DNA of 42,495 bases. Origin: a virus. Positions within the stretch are counted from its first letter, which is position 1, and every line of letters starts with the position of its first letter. The translations under genes and the position numbers were made by a program. Under the pieces are notes generated by a model. That model was not told the origin of the DNA and ran no database searches. It was given only the letters and a program-made list of their open reading frames with translations. The stretch lies in IMG/VR virus record IMGVR_UViG_3300045988_027069; one strand, written 5' to 3'. This document shows positions 1-6,274 of this stretch, piece by piece.

Positions 1-99
1 ATGATTTGGAGCTGGAACTGCAAGCCTCCGGCTCCATCGACAAGACCGTAACGGTCTATTGCCACAAATACAAGCGTAAAGAAACCGTCTTTTTTGTCC
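1..99. repeat. Terminal overlap copy 1 (identical to 42397-42495)
   Basis: Read directly: atgatttggagctggaactgcaag...gaaaccgtcttttttgtcc is present at both ends, 99/99 identical. Confidence 0.95.
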
Positions 100-251
100 T
101 CACGCAGCATCCTCAGCCCTTCGGCTATGTGTTCAACGCCTGCGAGCAGAATTGCCCTTCTGCCTGCATGGAACAGTGCCGTCTGCGTGCGGAGGCTGAA
201 TTTAAGGAACACTATTCGCAGTTGCCCCTTCTCAGCCCCTCTTCGGGCTGA
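1..251 (+). CDS. 3' part of a wrap-around small CDS (87 aa in total, Cys-rich hypothetical) that starts at 42384
   Basis: ORF 6..251 is in frame with ATG 42384 across the overlap, giving MTFLNDLELELQASGSIDKTVTVYCHKYKRKE.... The stop TGA is at 249-251. Confidence 0.6.
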   Translation, partial: DLELELQASGSIDKTVTVYCHKYKRKETVFFVLTQHPQPFGYVFNACEQNCPSACMEQCRLRAEAEFKEHYSQLPLLSPSSG

Positions 252-594
252 CCCCGTTCGCCCACTGATAGATACAGCGCATCGCTTCCTTCAGCGCTTC
301 CGCATACGGGTCTGCGCACCTCGGCCATGCGTGCCCGCCGTAATACGCGGGGATCAAATCCCGGTGCGTCTGGATGAGCCCCCCAAGCTTTGACATACCG
401 TCAGCCGCCGGATCGCTATGCGCGATCGCTTCCAGCAGCTCCGACTGAAGCCCGTGGACCTCGATCATGCAGAGCAGCCCGCGCTTGAGCGCCGCGTTGC
501 ACTCGTCGATCTGCGGCACCCTGTATCCGCACTTCACGGCTTCGTTGTGCCCGATCAGACTTGCGATCATCATCGCCTGCTCCATGTGTGTCAT
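232..594 (-). CDS. Hypothetical protein (120 aa), first gene of the leftward transcript divergent from the repressor gene
   Basis: ORF 232..603. ATG at 594 follows GGGGGTGAGAGG. It occupies the Cro/antirepressor position, but I recognise no HTH or other motif. Confidence 0.6.
   Translation of the reverse strand: MTHMEQAMMIASLIGHNEAVKCGYRVPQIDECNAALKRGLLCMIEVHGLQSELLEAIAHSDPAADGMSKLGGLIQTHRDLIPAYYGGHAWPRCADPYAEALKEAMRCIYQWANGVSPKRG
233..250. other. Hairpin shared by the overlapping 3' ends of two convergent CDSs
   Basis: CAGCCC-ctcttc-GGGCTG. There is no U-run on either strand, so it is not a clear intrinsic terminator. Confidence 0.4.
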
Positions 595-670
595 ACCTCT
601 CACCCCCTTCCCATCGACATTTCTTTTCTTGGATTCGTCTCCTGTAACTTCTAATTCATTCCTCGGTTAT

Positions 671-699
671 ACGTTAGCATACCTCAGAACCGTTGTCAA
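671..699 (-). promoter_or_regulatory. Candidate leftward sigma-A-type promoter (early/lytic direction)
   Basis: On the minus strand: TTGACA (699..694), 17 nt, then TGcTAACGT (extended -10; -10 at 676..671). Confidence 0.5.
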
Positions 700-730
700 G
701 CATTATTTCATTTCTGGGTTATGTTTCTTC

Positions 731-759
731 TTGACATTTTATTTCCGACGTGTTACCTT
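731..759 (+). promoter_or_regulatory. Candidate rightward promoter for the XRE repressor gene
   Basis: TTGACA (731-736), 17 nt, then TGtTACCTT (extended -10; -10 at 754-759). It lies back-to-back with the leftward promoter. Confidence 0.5.
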
Positions 760-770
760 GTGGATAGAAG

Positions 771-1157
771 GTGGTGAAAAGTGTGAGCACAATCAATGAT
801 CGAATCGCTTATTTAATCAAAGATCTCGGCATTACAAAAACAAAATTTGCCGAAACCATCAATTTAAGTCAGCCGTTCGTCTCCGCTATTTGTTCTGGCT
901 CAAAGGTTCCGAGCGACCGCACGATTGCAGACATCTGCCGCGAGTTCAACGTATCTCTTGCATGGCTGGAGACCGGAGAAGGGGAGATGTACGTCCAGCG
1001 CAGTGAGAACGAGCGCATGGCCCTGATGTTTGCCGACGTTCTGGCCGAGGCCGACGAATCTGTCCGCAAGCGCTGCATCGCTGCGGCAATGGAAATGCCC
1101 CCTGAGTTCTGGGACAACATCTACGAGTACGCGAAAAAAATCACCGGAAGCGAATGA
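771..1157 (+). CDS. XRE/cI-type helix-turn-helix repressor without a peptidase domain
   Basis: IAYLIKDLGITKTKFAETINLSQPFVSAICSGSKVPSDRTIADICREFNVSLAWLETGEG is a classic HTH_XRE pattern. In-frame GTG at 783 has the better SD (AAGGTGGTG, 6-nt spacer), so the true start may be 783. Confidence 0.85.
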   Translation: MVKSVSTINDRIAYLIKDLGITKTKFAETINLSQPFVSAICSGSKVPSDRTIADICREFNVSLAWLETGEGEMYVQRSENERMALMFADVLAEADESVRKRCIAAAMEMPPEFWDNIYEYAKKITGSE

Positions 1158-1177
1158 CCGCTTCCGGTGATTTCTTA
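1134..1177. terminator. Bidirectional rho-independent terminator
   Basis: 13-bp perfect stem ATCACCGGAAGCG / CGCTTCCGGTGAT (1140-1152 / 1159-1171), with an A7 run before and TTTCTT after. It sits between two convergent CDSs. Confidence 0.85.
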
Positions 1178-1273
1178 TCGAAGGATCTTTTCTGCCAGCC
1201 GCAGCAGCAGCCATACCTGCTCATCAGTCGCCCGCTCAAGGATGTTTTTCAGTCTTTCTCTTGCCTTTTCCAT
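1175..1273 (-). CDS. Small ORF (32 aa) MEKARERLKNILERATDEQVWLLLRLAEKILR
   Basis: Not in the ORF track because it is under 60 aa. Strong SD GGGAGGAA lies 5 nt upstream of the ATG, and the ORF ends at the bidirectional terminator. Confidence 0.4.
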   Translation of the reverse strand: MEKARERLKNILERATDEQVWLLLRLAEKILR

Positions 1274-1328
1274 CATTTCCTCCCTTTCTCAACAAAAACG
1301 CCGTTCATTTTTCGTTCATATTTCCATC

Positions 1329-1357
1329 TTGCACCAGTCACCGCTGTGGCGTAATCT
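1329..1357 (+). promoter_or_regulatory. Possible promoter for the AT-rich moron genes
   Basis: TTGCAC, 17 nt, then TAATCT, followed by the AT-rich stretch ataaatat. Confidence 0.3.
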
Positions 1358-1382
1358 ATAAATATCATAGTAACAGTGGGAT

Positions 1383-1904
1383 GTGGTATCCATAGAAGCG
1401 ATAATCGGTTTGTTGGACTTATTCTGTGACAATTTGGTTGTACTGAAAATACTTGCCCTCATAGGTGCCGAATTGCTCTTGGGTCTTCTTTTCTATTTTT
1501 TGCTATTCTTTCTTTCAGACAAGAATGAACGGGTTTTTACGTTCATTTTGACACCTATCGGTATAATCGGTGTTATTGGGGTCTGTATTGTCGGAGGCCT
1601 TTTCACTCTTTACAGAAACAGGGCCTGCAAAAAACACAATCAAGAAAAACTGGATGTCCACAATCGTACAAAAGCGTTCTATAATTCAAGAGCCTGTATG
1701 TATCATAGATTCCCAGCTATGGACCCGGATATGTGGCGTCCACTGGTTGAGGAAGCATTGTCCGAAAAAGGCTATCTTTTTTGCCTTCGATCTTTGAGCC
1801 ATGAGGATGAACGATACGAGAAAGTATATAAAAAATACTGTGATTTTTTGAATGATTATGGCCTTCCTAATGATCCCGGATTATTTTGGAGCGAGGATGT
1901 TTGA
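1383..1904 (+). CDS. Membrane protein (about 3 TM helices plus a soluble C-terminal domain), lysogeny-side moron
   Basis: Hydrophobic segments LKILALIGAELLLGLLFYFLLFFL and FILTPIGIIGVIGVCIVGGLF. The region is AT-rich. The start codon is uncertain (GTG 1383). Confidence 0.6.
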   Translation: MVSIEAIIGLLDLFCDNLVVLKILALIGAELLLGLLFYFLLFFLSDKNERVFTFILTPIGIIGVIGVCIVGGLFTLYRNRACKKHNQEKLDVHNRTKAFYNSRACMYHRFPAMDPDMWRPLVEEALSEKGYLFCLRSLSHEDERYEKVYKKYCDFLNDYGLPNDPGLFWSEDV

Positions 1905-1937
1905 TTCTAGTTCCCATGAAAAGGACTGAGTTTCCCA

Positions 1938-2354
1938 ATGCAAAGACGCTTTTTCCGGGCGATGGCACTACTAACCGTTTTTCAATTGCTTGTGTTCTTT
2001 CCTGTTTTCGCGCATTCCGGTCGCACAGATTCCAGCGGCGGGCATCGTGACAGCAGTACTGGCACCTACCATTACCACCACGGCCATCCTGCGCACCAGC
2101 ACACAGACCTTGACGGCGACGGAAAACCGGATTGCCCCTATAAATTCGACGATCAAACAAGCCACGGTGATTCCTCTTCCGGTTCGGACGTGCTCGTCGA
2201 ATCCATCAAAAAACAGAAAGCCGAATCTGAGCCGAAGCCCACGACATTTTATGACATTCTTTCTGTAGTTCTGGAAAGCGTCTTTCTCACTTGGTGGATT
2301 CCGCTTCTTGTTTATTACGGAGTATGTCAGCACCGGCGAAAGCGCCGTAAGTAA
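1938..2354 (+). CDS. Secreted, C-terminally anchored YHYH-motif protein
   Basis: Signal-like N-terminus MALLTVFQLLVFFPVFAHS. The motif HSGRTDSSGGHRDSSTGTYHYHHGHPAH is as in YHYH-domain proteins. C-terminal TM segment plus RRKRRK. Confidence 0.7.
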   Translation: MQRRFFRAMALLTVFQLLVFFPVFAHSGRTDSSGGHRDSSTGTYHYHHGHPAHQHTDLDGDGKPDCPYKFDDQTSHGDSSSGSDVLVESIKKQKAESEPKPTTFYDILSVVLESVFLTWWIPLLVYYGVCQHRRKRRK

Positions 2355-2557
2355 GATTTTTGAAAGGACTTGATTCAATGCCGCCTGTCGCCTCCGCCCC
2401 GTGACAGCGTGCCGTCGCTGCCTCGGGGCTTCGGTCTGCAAGCGATTGGGAGCCGCCTGTGCTTACAGCCTACCCCTTTTGCAATGTATTTGTAAAGATA
2501 TGGTTGCTTCTATTTGCGATCAGACGTCTGACTATTTCGGAAAGGAGGCGTACTTTT

Positions 2558-2980
2558 ATGGAAAAACTATCTGATTTGTGCCGCGATCAGAAGCAGACGA
2601 TCACGCCGCACAAGACGAATCAGGATATCGCCGAAAGTACTGATCTTTCCGTTGGTACCGTCGCCCAATTCTTTCGCGGCGACATCAAAAATCCTTCTGT
2701 GTACACTGCCGGGCCGATCTGCCGGGAGATGGGCGTATCGATGGATGCTTACTTTGATATTCCGCGCGAGGCTTCTCCGCCCGATCCGGACGCCGTTTCG
2801 GCAGAGGCCGACAATCTCCGCATTGAAAACGCAGCTCTTCATGAGCAGCTGAGGCAGCAGCAGAAATCCCTGCGTATGCACCGGCTTGTGACGCTTATCC
2901 TGCTCAGCATCGTCGCGCTTTGCGCTTTTGCTCTGGTGGTGGATATCCTGAGCCCCACCCTCGGTTGGTTCCGTGCATAA
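2558..2980 (+). CDS. Membrane-anchored helix-turn-helix protein (140 aa)
   Basis: SD GAAAGGAGG lies 9 nt before ATG 2558. HTH QDIAESTDLSVGTVAQFFRG, a coiled segment, and a C-terminal TM segment LVTLILLSIVALCAFALVVDIL. Confidence 0.7.
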   Translation: MEKLSDLCRDQKQTITPHKTNQDIAESTDLSVGTVAQFFRGDIKNPSVYTAGPICREMGVSMDAYFDIPREASPPDPDAVSAEADNLRIENAALHEQLRQQQKSLRMHRLVTLILLSIVALCAFALVVDILSPTLGWFRA

Positions 2981-2988
2981 AAAAATAG

Positions 2989-3020
2989 CCGCCCCGGCGC
3001 ACTGCCGGAGCGGTATTCTG
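2989..3020 (+). terminator. Weak terminator-like hairpin
   Basis: CCGCcCCGGC-gcact-GCCGGaGCGG followed by TATTCTGTAT, which is a poor U-run. Confidence 0.3.
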
Positions 3021-3040
3021 TATCCCTTGGAGGTGTCCCC

Positions 3041-4081
3041 ATGAAAGTCCCCGAGCCTCGCAAACTGAAATCCGGCACATGGTTCATCCAGCTCCGCCTC
3101 GGCGGCGAGAGCATCCCCGTCTCTGCCCTCACGCGCTCCGACTGCATCAAGCAGGCGCAGCTCATCAAGGCCCAGCACCGCGCCGACCAGCGCGAAGTCA
3201 AATATAAGACGGACAAGACCGTCCGTGACATTATACAGGATTATATTGACGCACTGCCCGCCGGTACGTCTCCATCGACAGTGCGAGGCTACTTAAGCGT
3301 TGCTTCGACGCGATTCGCAACGGTCATGGATAAGGCCCCGTCGAGCGTGCGTGACTGGCAGTCCGTGATCGATGCCGAAGCAAAGTCTGTCTCTCCGAAA
3401 ACCGTAAAAAATGCGTGGGGCCTGCTTTCGTCTTCCCTGCGCAGCGCAGAGATCCCCGTCCCACGCATCCGCCTGCCGCAGCCTCACAAGGCGGAGAAGC
3501 TTTGGCTGGAGCCGGAGCAGCTTCCGGAATTCGTCCGACTCATTCACGGCGACCGTTTTGAAATTCCTATGCTTTTGGCTCTGCACGGCCTCCGGCGCTC
3601 CGAGATCCTCGCCATGACCTACGACAAGATCGACCTTAAACGCGGCACCATCACCGTCCACGGTGCGGCAGTCCTCGACCGTGACGGCGCAATGGTGCAA
3701 AAGGCCGAAAATAAGAATGCCAGCTCCCGCCGCGTTATCCCGATCATGATTCCAGCCCTTGCGGCAGCCATCGAAGCCGTGCCTCCTGAGCGGCGCACCG
3801 GCTTGATCTACGACGCCAATCCCACAACGTTGTATTGGCGCATCAATACCATCTGCAAAAACAACGGTCTCCCGGCGGTCGGCGTCCACGGCCTGCGTCA
3901 CAGCTTCGCGTCGCTGGCTTATCATCTTGGCTTGTCTGCGCAGGAAACAATGGAGCTTGGCGGCTGGGCCGACAGCGATACCATGCTCAAGATTTATACG
4001 CACCTCGCGCAGGCCGACCGACTCAAGAGTCAGAATAAAATCGCCGCCTTTTTTGCAGAAAATGCTAACCAAAATGCTTAA
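3041..4081 (+). CDS. int: Tyrosine recombinase / phage integrase
   Basis: 346 aa. Catalytic signature LALHGLRRSEIL ... HGLRHSFAS ... GWADSDTMLKIYTH (R..HxxR..Y). SD GGAGGTG. Adjacent to attP. Confidence 0.92.
   Translation: MKVPEPRKLKSGTWFIQLRLGGESIPVSALTRSDCIKQAQLIKAQHRADQREVKYKTDKTVRDIIQDYIDALPAGTSPSTVRGYLSVASTRFATVMDKAPSSVRDWQSVIDAEAKSVSPKTVKNAWGLLSSSLRSAEIPVPRIRLPQPHKAEKLWLEPEQLPEFVRLIHGDRFEIPMLLALHGLRRSEILAMTYDKIDLKRGTITVHGAAVLDRDGAMVQKAENKNASSRRVIPIMIPALAAAIEAVPPERRTGLIYDANPTTLYWRINTICKNNGLPAVGVHGLRHSFASLAYHLGLSAQETMELGGWADSDTMLKIYTHLAQADRLKSQNKIAAFFAENANQNA
4059..4081 (+). repeat. Two direct copies of AAAATGCT(A/T)A(C/A), candidate integrase arm-type sites (left arm)
   Basis: AAAATGCTAAC at 4059-4069 and AAAATGCTTAA at 4071-4081. 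The same 11-mer recurs twice at 4287-4310 on the other side of the core. Confidence 0.45.
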
Positions 4082-4127
4082 TTTTCAAAAAGTCATTGTG
4101 TCCCAACGCTTTTTCGTTTCATTTCTT

Positions 4128-4153
4128 GGGTTCGATTCCCGTACGGGTCACCA
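4128..4153 (+). other. attP core: 3' end of a tRNA (T-arm, acceptor 3' strand and CCA), not a complete tRNA gene
   Basis: GGGTTCGATTCCCGTACGGGTCACCA contains the GTTCGATTC T-loop, a 7-nt acceptor strand, discriminator A and CCA. No D or anticodon arm lies upstream. Confidence 0.7.
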
Positions 4154-4161
4154 AAAAGAGA

Positions 4162-4198
4162 AAACCCGCAATCCATTGAGATTGCGGGTTTTTCTTTA
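4162..4198 (+). terminator. Rho-independent terminator directly after the tRNA-like fragment
   Basis: AAACCCGCAATC-cattga-GATTGCGGGTTT followed by TTTCTTT. Confidence 0.8.
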
Positions 4199-4236
4199 TA
4201 TACCAATGCTTTCCGCGTTCTTGTGCGTTGTAATAT

Positions 4237-4267
4237 CTGACGCATTCTTGCATTGCCTGACGCATTC
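4237..4267 (+). repeat. Direct repeat CTGACGCATTC x2 with 20-bp periodicity
   Basis: 4237-4247 and 4257-4267 are identical 11-mers in the right arm of attP. Confidence 0.5.
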
Positions 4268-4286
4268 GGGATGCGATTTTCAACAC

Positions 4287-4310
4287 AAAATGCTAACGAA
4301 AAATGCTAAC
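4287..4310 (+). repeat. Two direct copies of AAAATGCTAAC, candidate arm-type sites (right arm)
   Basis: 4287-4297 and 4300-4310, in the same orientation as the copies at 4059-4081. Confidence 0.45.
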
Positions 4311-4794
4311 GATTTTGCTTCACAATGCACCTGTAATACGCGCAAAGCTTTTCCTCCGGTCCTGGTCCGTCCTTGTCCATCAAGAACGCCCGCGCCAGCT
4401 CCGCGTAGAACTCCGGCACGTTTACGCCGAACTTCCGCGCCACGTCGTAGTAGTCCGAGTACATCATGTTCATCGTCACGCCGAAAACCCAGTGTGGGAT
4501 ATCGCGCCCGGCTCCGCTTGCATCTGCGACGGCGGACGTCTGATCCATCGTCCAGTGCGGCCCGGTAGTACCGTCGGCATTCTGCATCTTCGCCGCCCAT
4601 GCCTCCGCGTCCTCGCGGGTGAAATTCATCATTTTCGTGGACTCACGAAAATGGTCTCCACCCATTTCGTCGAGCTTATGCAGGCGGCACAGGAGGCCCG
4701 CCACGGCGTCAGCCTCTTCGATGTGTCCCAGCGTCAGCGGCTTTTCGGAAAGCTCCTCCAGCCGCGCGTACAGTCCGTTGATGTAGTCTTTCAT
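4306..4794 (-). CDS. Hypothetical protein (162 aa), last gene before attP
   Basis: SD AGGAGG lies 7 nt before ATG 4794. Contains NADGTTGPHWTMDQT and MNMMYSDYY segments, with no family I can name. Confidence 0.7.
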   Translation of the reverse strand: MKDYINGLYARLEELSEKPLTLGHIEEADAVAGLLCRLHKLDEMGGDHFRESTKMMNFTREDAEAWAAKMQNADGTTGPHWTMDQTSAVADASGAGRDIPHWVFGVTMNMMYSDYYDVARKFGVNVPEFYAELARAFLMDKDGPGPEEKLCAYYRCIVKQNR

Positions 4795-4796
4795 GC

Positions 4797-5135
4797 TCAC
4801 GCCTCCTGTATGTATCTGTAAAGCTTGTCTATGTCATTTACATCAAATCGCATATCTTTGTCCTTGAACGAAAACAACGTAATTTTTTTACCGTTGATCT
4901 CCTCCCGAGCGTGCTTGTATAGCCGATCAATGTCAACGTTCCCTTGTTCGTCGAGTGCTCCAGTCATCTGCACAAAGAAATTATCCTTCATTGCAAGCAA
5001 TCGCTCTTTTCCGCCGTCCATTGCCATCCGAATGAGTACGGATACAGCATAGCCAATACCTTGCGACAACCGCGGAATAAGCTCGCTATTTGCAAATCGC
5101 TCGAAGCCATTTAATGCCTGATCTATCGTTACCAT
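4797..5135 (-). CDS. Hypothetical protein (112 aa), AT-rich
   Basis: SD ACGGAGGT precedes ATG 5135. No recognisable motif. Confidence 0.7.
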   Translation of the reverse strand: MVTIDQALNGFERFANSELIPRLSQGIGYAVSVLIRMAMDGGKERLLAMKDNFFVQMTGALDEQGNVDIDRLYKHAREEINGKKITLFSFKDKDMRFDVNDIDKLYRYIQEA

Positions 5136-5158
5136 AGGGATACCTCCGTATTAAGGGT

Positions 5159-5178
5159 GGGGCGGCTATTGCCGCCCC
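5159..5178. other. 8-bp GC hairpin after the stop of the 5185..5766 CDS
   Basis: GGGGCGGC-tatt-GCCGCCCC. The U-run is only on the + side (TTTGGTTT). Confidence 0.4.
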
Positions 5179-5184
5179 TTTGGT

Positions 5185-5766
5185 TTACTTGTTGCAGCAC
5201 CCGCACTTCGGAAGCGGGTTGTAGAGCGTCTGCGCCGTGGTCGCGGTGCCGGTGGTGACGTCTGCGACCTGCTTCGGATAAAAGGTTGCGTTGGCATAGG
5301 TCACGATGGCGTTGTCGCCGCAGCAGCGCCGTTCGGCCTCCATCTCGATCTCGCGGTGCAGCTCGTCCTTGACGGATGCGATGTCCTGGCGGGCCAGCAC
5401 GAAGCTGTCCTCGGTGCGCTGGTTGTGGACTGCCTGATCGCACATGGACTTCCGAACGTCCTTGAGCTGGCCGTCGATGTAAGTGTACATCTCCAGCATC
5501 TTCTGATCGTTGTAGGTGTTGGCCTTGAGCAGCGCGATCTCGCTGTCCTTCTGCGCGAGCTGCTGTTCACGATCCAGCTCATAGCGCGTTACCGGCATAT
5601 TCTCGCTGCACGTGCCCGCCGCTACAGCCGCAACAGCCGGATTTGCGCAGATACCGCCCCAGCCTCCGCCGAGCAGATTGCCAAGCAGGCCGAGGCCGAC
5701 GCCCGCCGTTCCGATGATACCAGTGGTCAGGGCCGCATTGGCCTTGCCATTGCTTGCGTATTCCAT
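5185..5766 (-). CDS. Hypothetical protein (193 aa): Gly-rich hydrophobic N-terminus, coiled coil, Cys-rich C-terminus (...PLPKCGCCNK)
   Basis: SD GGAGGT lies 6 nt before ATG 5766. The track ORF extends to 5985 but runs through terminators. Contains TTGIIGTAGVGLGLLGNLLGGGWGG. Confidence 0.7.
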   Translation of the reverse strand: MEYASNGKANAALTTGIIGTAGVGLGLLGNLLGGGWGGICANPAVAAVAAGTCSENMPVTRYELDREQQLAQKDSEIALLKANTYNDQKMLEMYTYIDGQLKDVRKSMCDQAVHNQRTEDSFVLARQDIASVKDELHREIEMEAERRCCGDNAIVTYANATFYPKQVADVTTGTATTAQTLYNPLPKCGCCNK

Positions 5767-5875
5767 AGTAGTACCTCCGATAAAAATAGTAAGCTGGCCA
5801 GCTCCTATCCTCATTATGAGGCATCCCAGCGGAACAAAAAACCAACGCCTCGGCCACTTTTCGGGCGCAAAAGGT

Positions 5876-5907
5876 ATAAAAAACAGCCACCCCTTACGGA
5901 GTGGCTG
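5876..5907 (-). terminator. Rho-independent terminator (second of a tandem pair)
   Basis: Minus strand: CAGCCACTCC-gtaa-GGGGTGGCTG followed by TTTTTTAT. Confidence 0.8.
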
Positions 5908-5917
5908 CCTTGTATAT

Positions 5918-5948
5918 AGAAAAACGGGGCCGGTGCAGGCACCAGCCC
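5918..5948 (-). terminator. Rho-independent terminator (first of a tandem pair)
   Basis: Minus strand: GGGCTGGTGC-ct-GCACCGGCCC followed by CGTTTTTCT. Confidence 0.8.
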
Positions 5949-5981
5949 TTGGAAAGAATACCGAGTATCCTTTTGTGCTAC
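5920..5981 (-). ncRNA. Candidate ~60-nt small RNA or attenuator leader between a consensus promoter and the first terminator
   Basis: The inferred transcript start is about 7 nt after the -10 box. It contains a GGATAC-tcg-GTATTC hairpin plus the terminator hairpin. No ORF or SD lies inside. Confidence 0.3.
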
Positions 5982-5987
5982 ACACAT

Positions 5988-6016
5988 ATTATATACGCTC
6001 AGTAGTCAACTGTCAA
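5988..6016 (-). promoter_or_regulatory. Perfect-consensus sigma-A-type promoter
   Basis: Minus strand: TTGACA (6016..6011), 17 nt, TATAAT (5993..5988). It starts immediately after the stop codon at 6017-6019. Confidence 0.65.
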
Positions 6017-6274
6017 TTACTGCATAACTACTTTCTCAGCGTCATGCAGCACATTTCGGATGCTCTTTGAAAATGCAGGAAGTTTATTTTCGATATACTT
6101 CTTCTTAAAATTCATGATCGTTATCCCGGTCAATTCATCCGTGTCAATGTCTTTCAGATAGATCACATTCCCGTCGGAATCATCACCATAAGAATTACTG
6201 CGGTCACCGAGGGCAATGTACAGGACGTCGAATTTCTTGTCGTAGTCAAATACGATGCTATTCTTCTGCAACAT
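6017..6274 (-). CDS. DUF2283-like small protein (85 aa), putative antitoxin
   Basis: SD AAGGTGAGG lies 6 nt before ATG 6274. FDYDKKFDVLYIALGD...VIYLKDIDTDELTGITIMNF resembles DUF2283/YuzE proteins. Overlaps the upstream gene by 17 nt. Confidence 0.6.
   Translation of the reverse strand: MLQKNSIVFDYDKKFDVLYIALGDRSNSYGDDSDGNVIYLKDIDTDELTGITIMNFKKKYIENKLPAFSKSIRNVLHDAEKVVMQ

Noticed and set aside
4100-4153. A complete tRNA gene next to the integrase
   Set aside because: Only the T-arm, acceptor 3' strand and CCA (26 nt) are present. The upstream sequence (tcccaacgctttttcgtttcatttctt) cannot form D or anticodon arms. It is interpreted as the attP core instead.
5767-5985. N-terminal 73 codons of track ORF 5185..5985
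   Set aside because: The extension spans two intrinsic terminators. A strong SD and ATG at 5766 give a sensible start.
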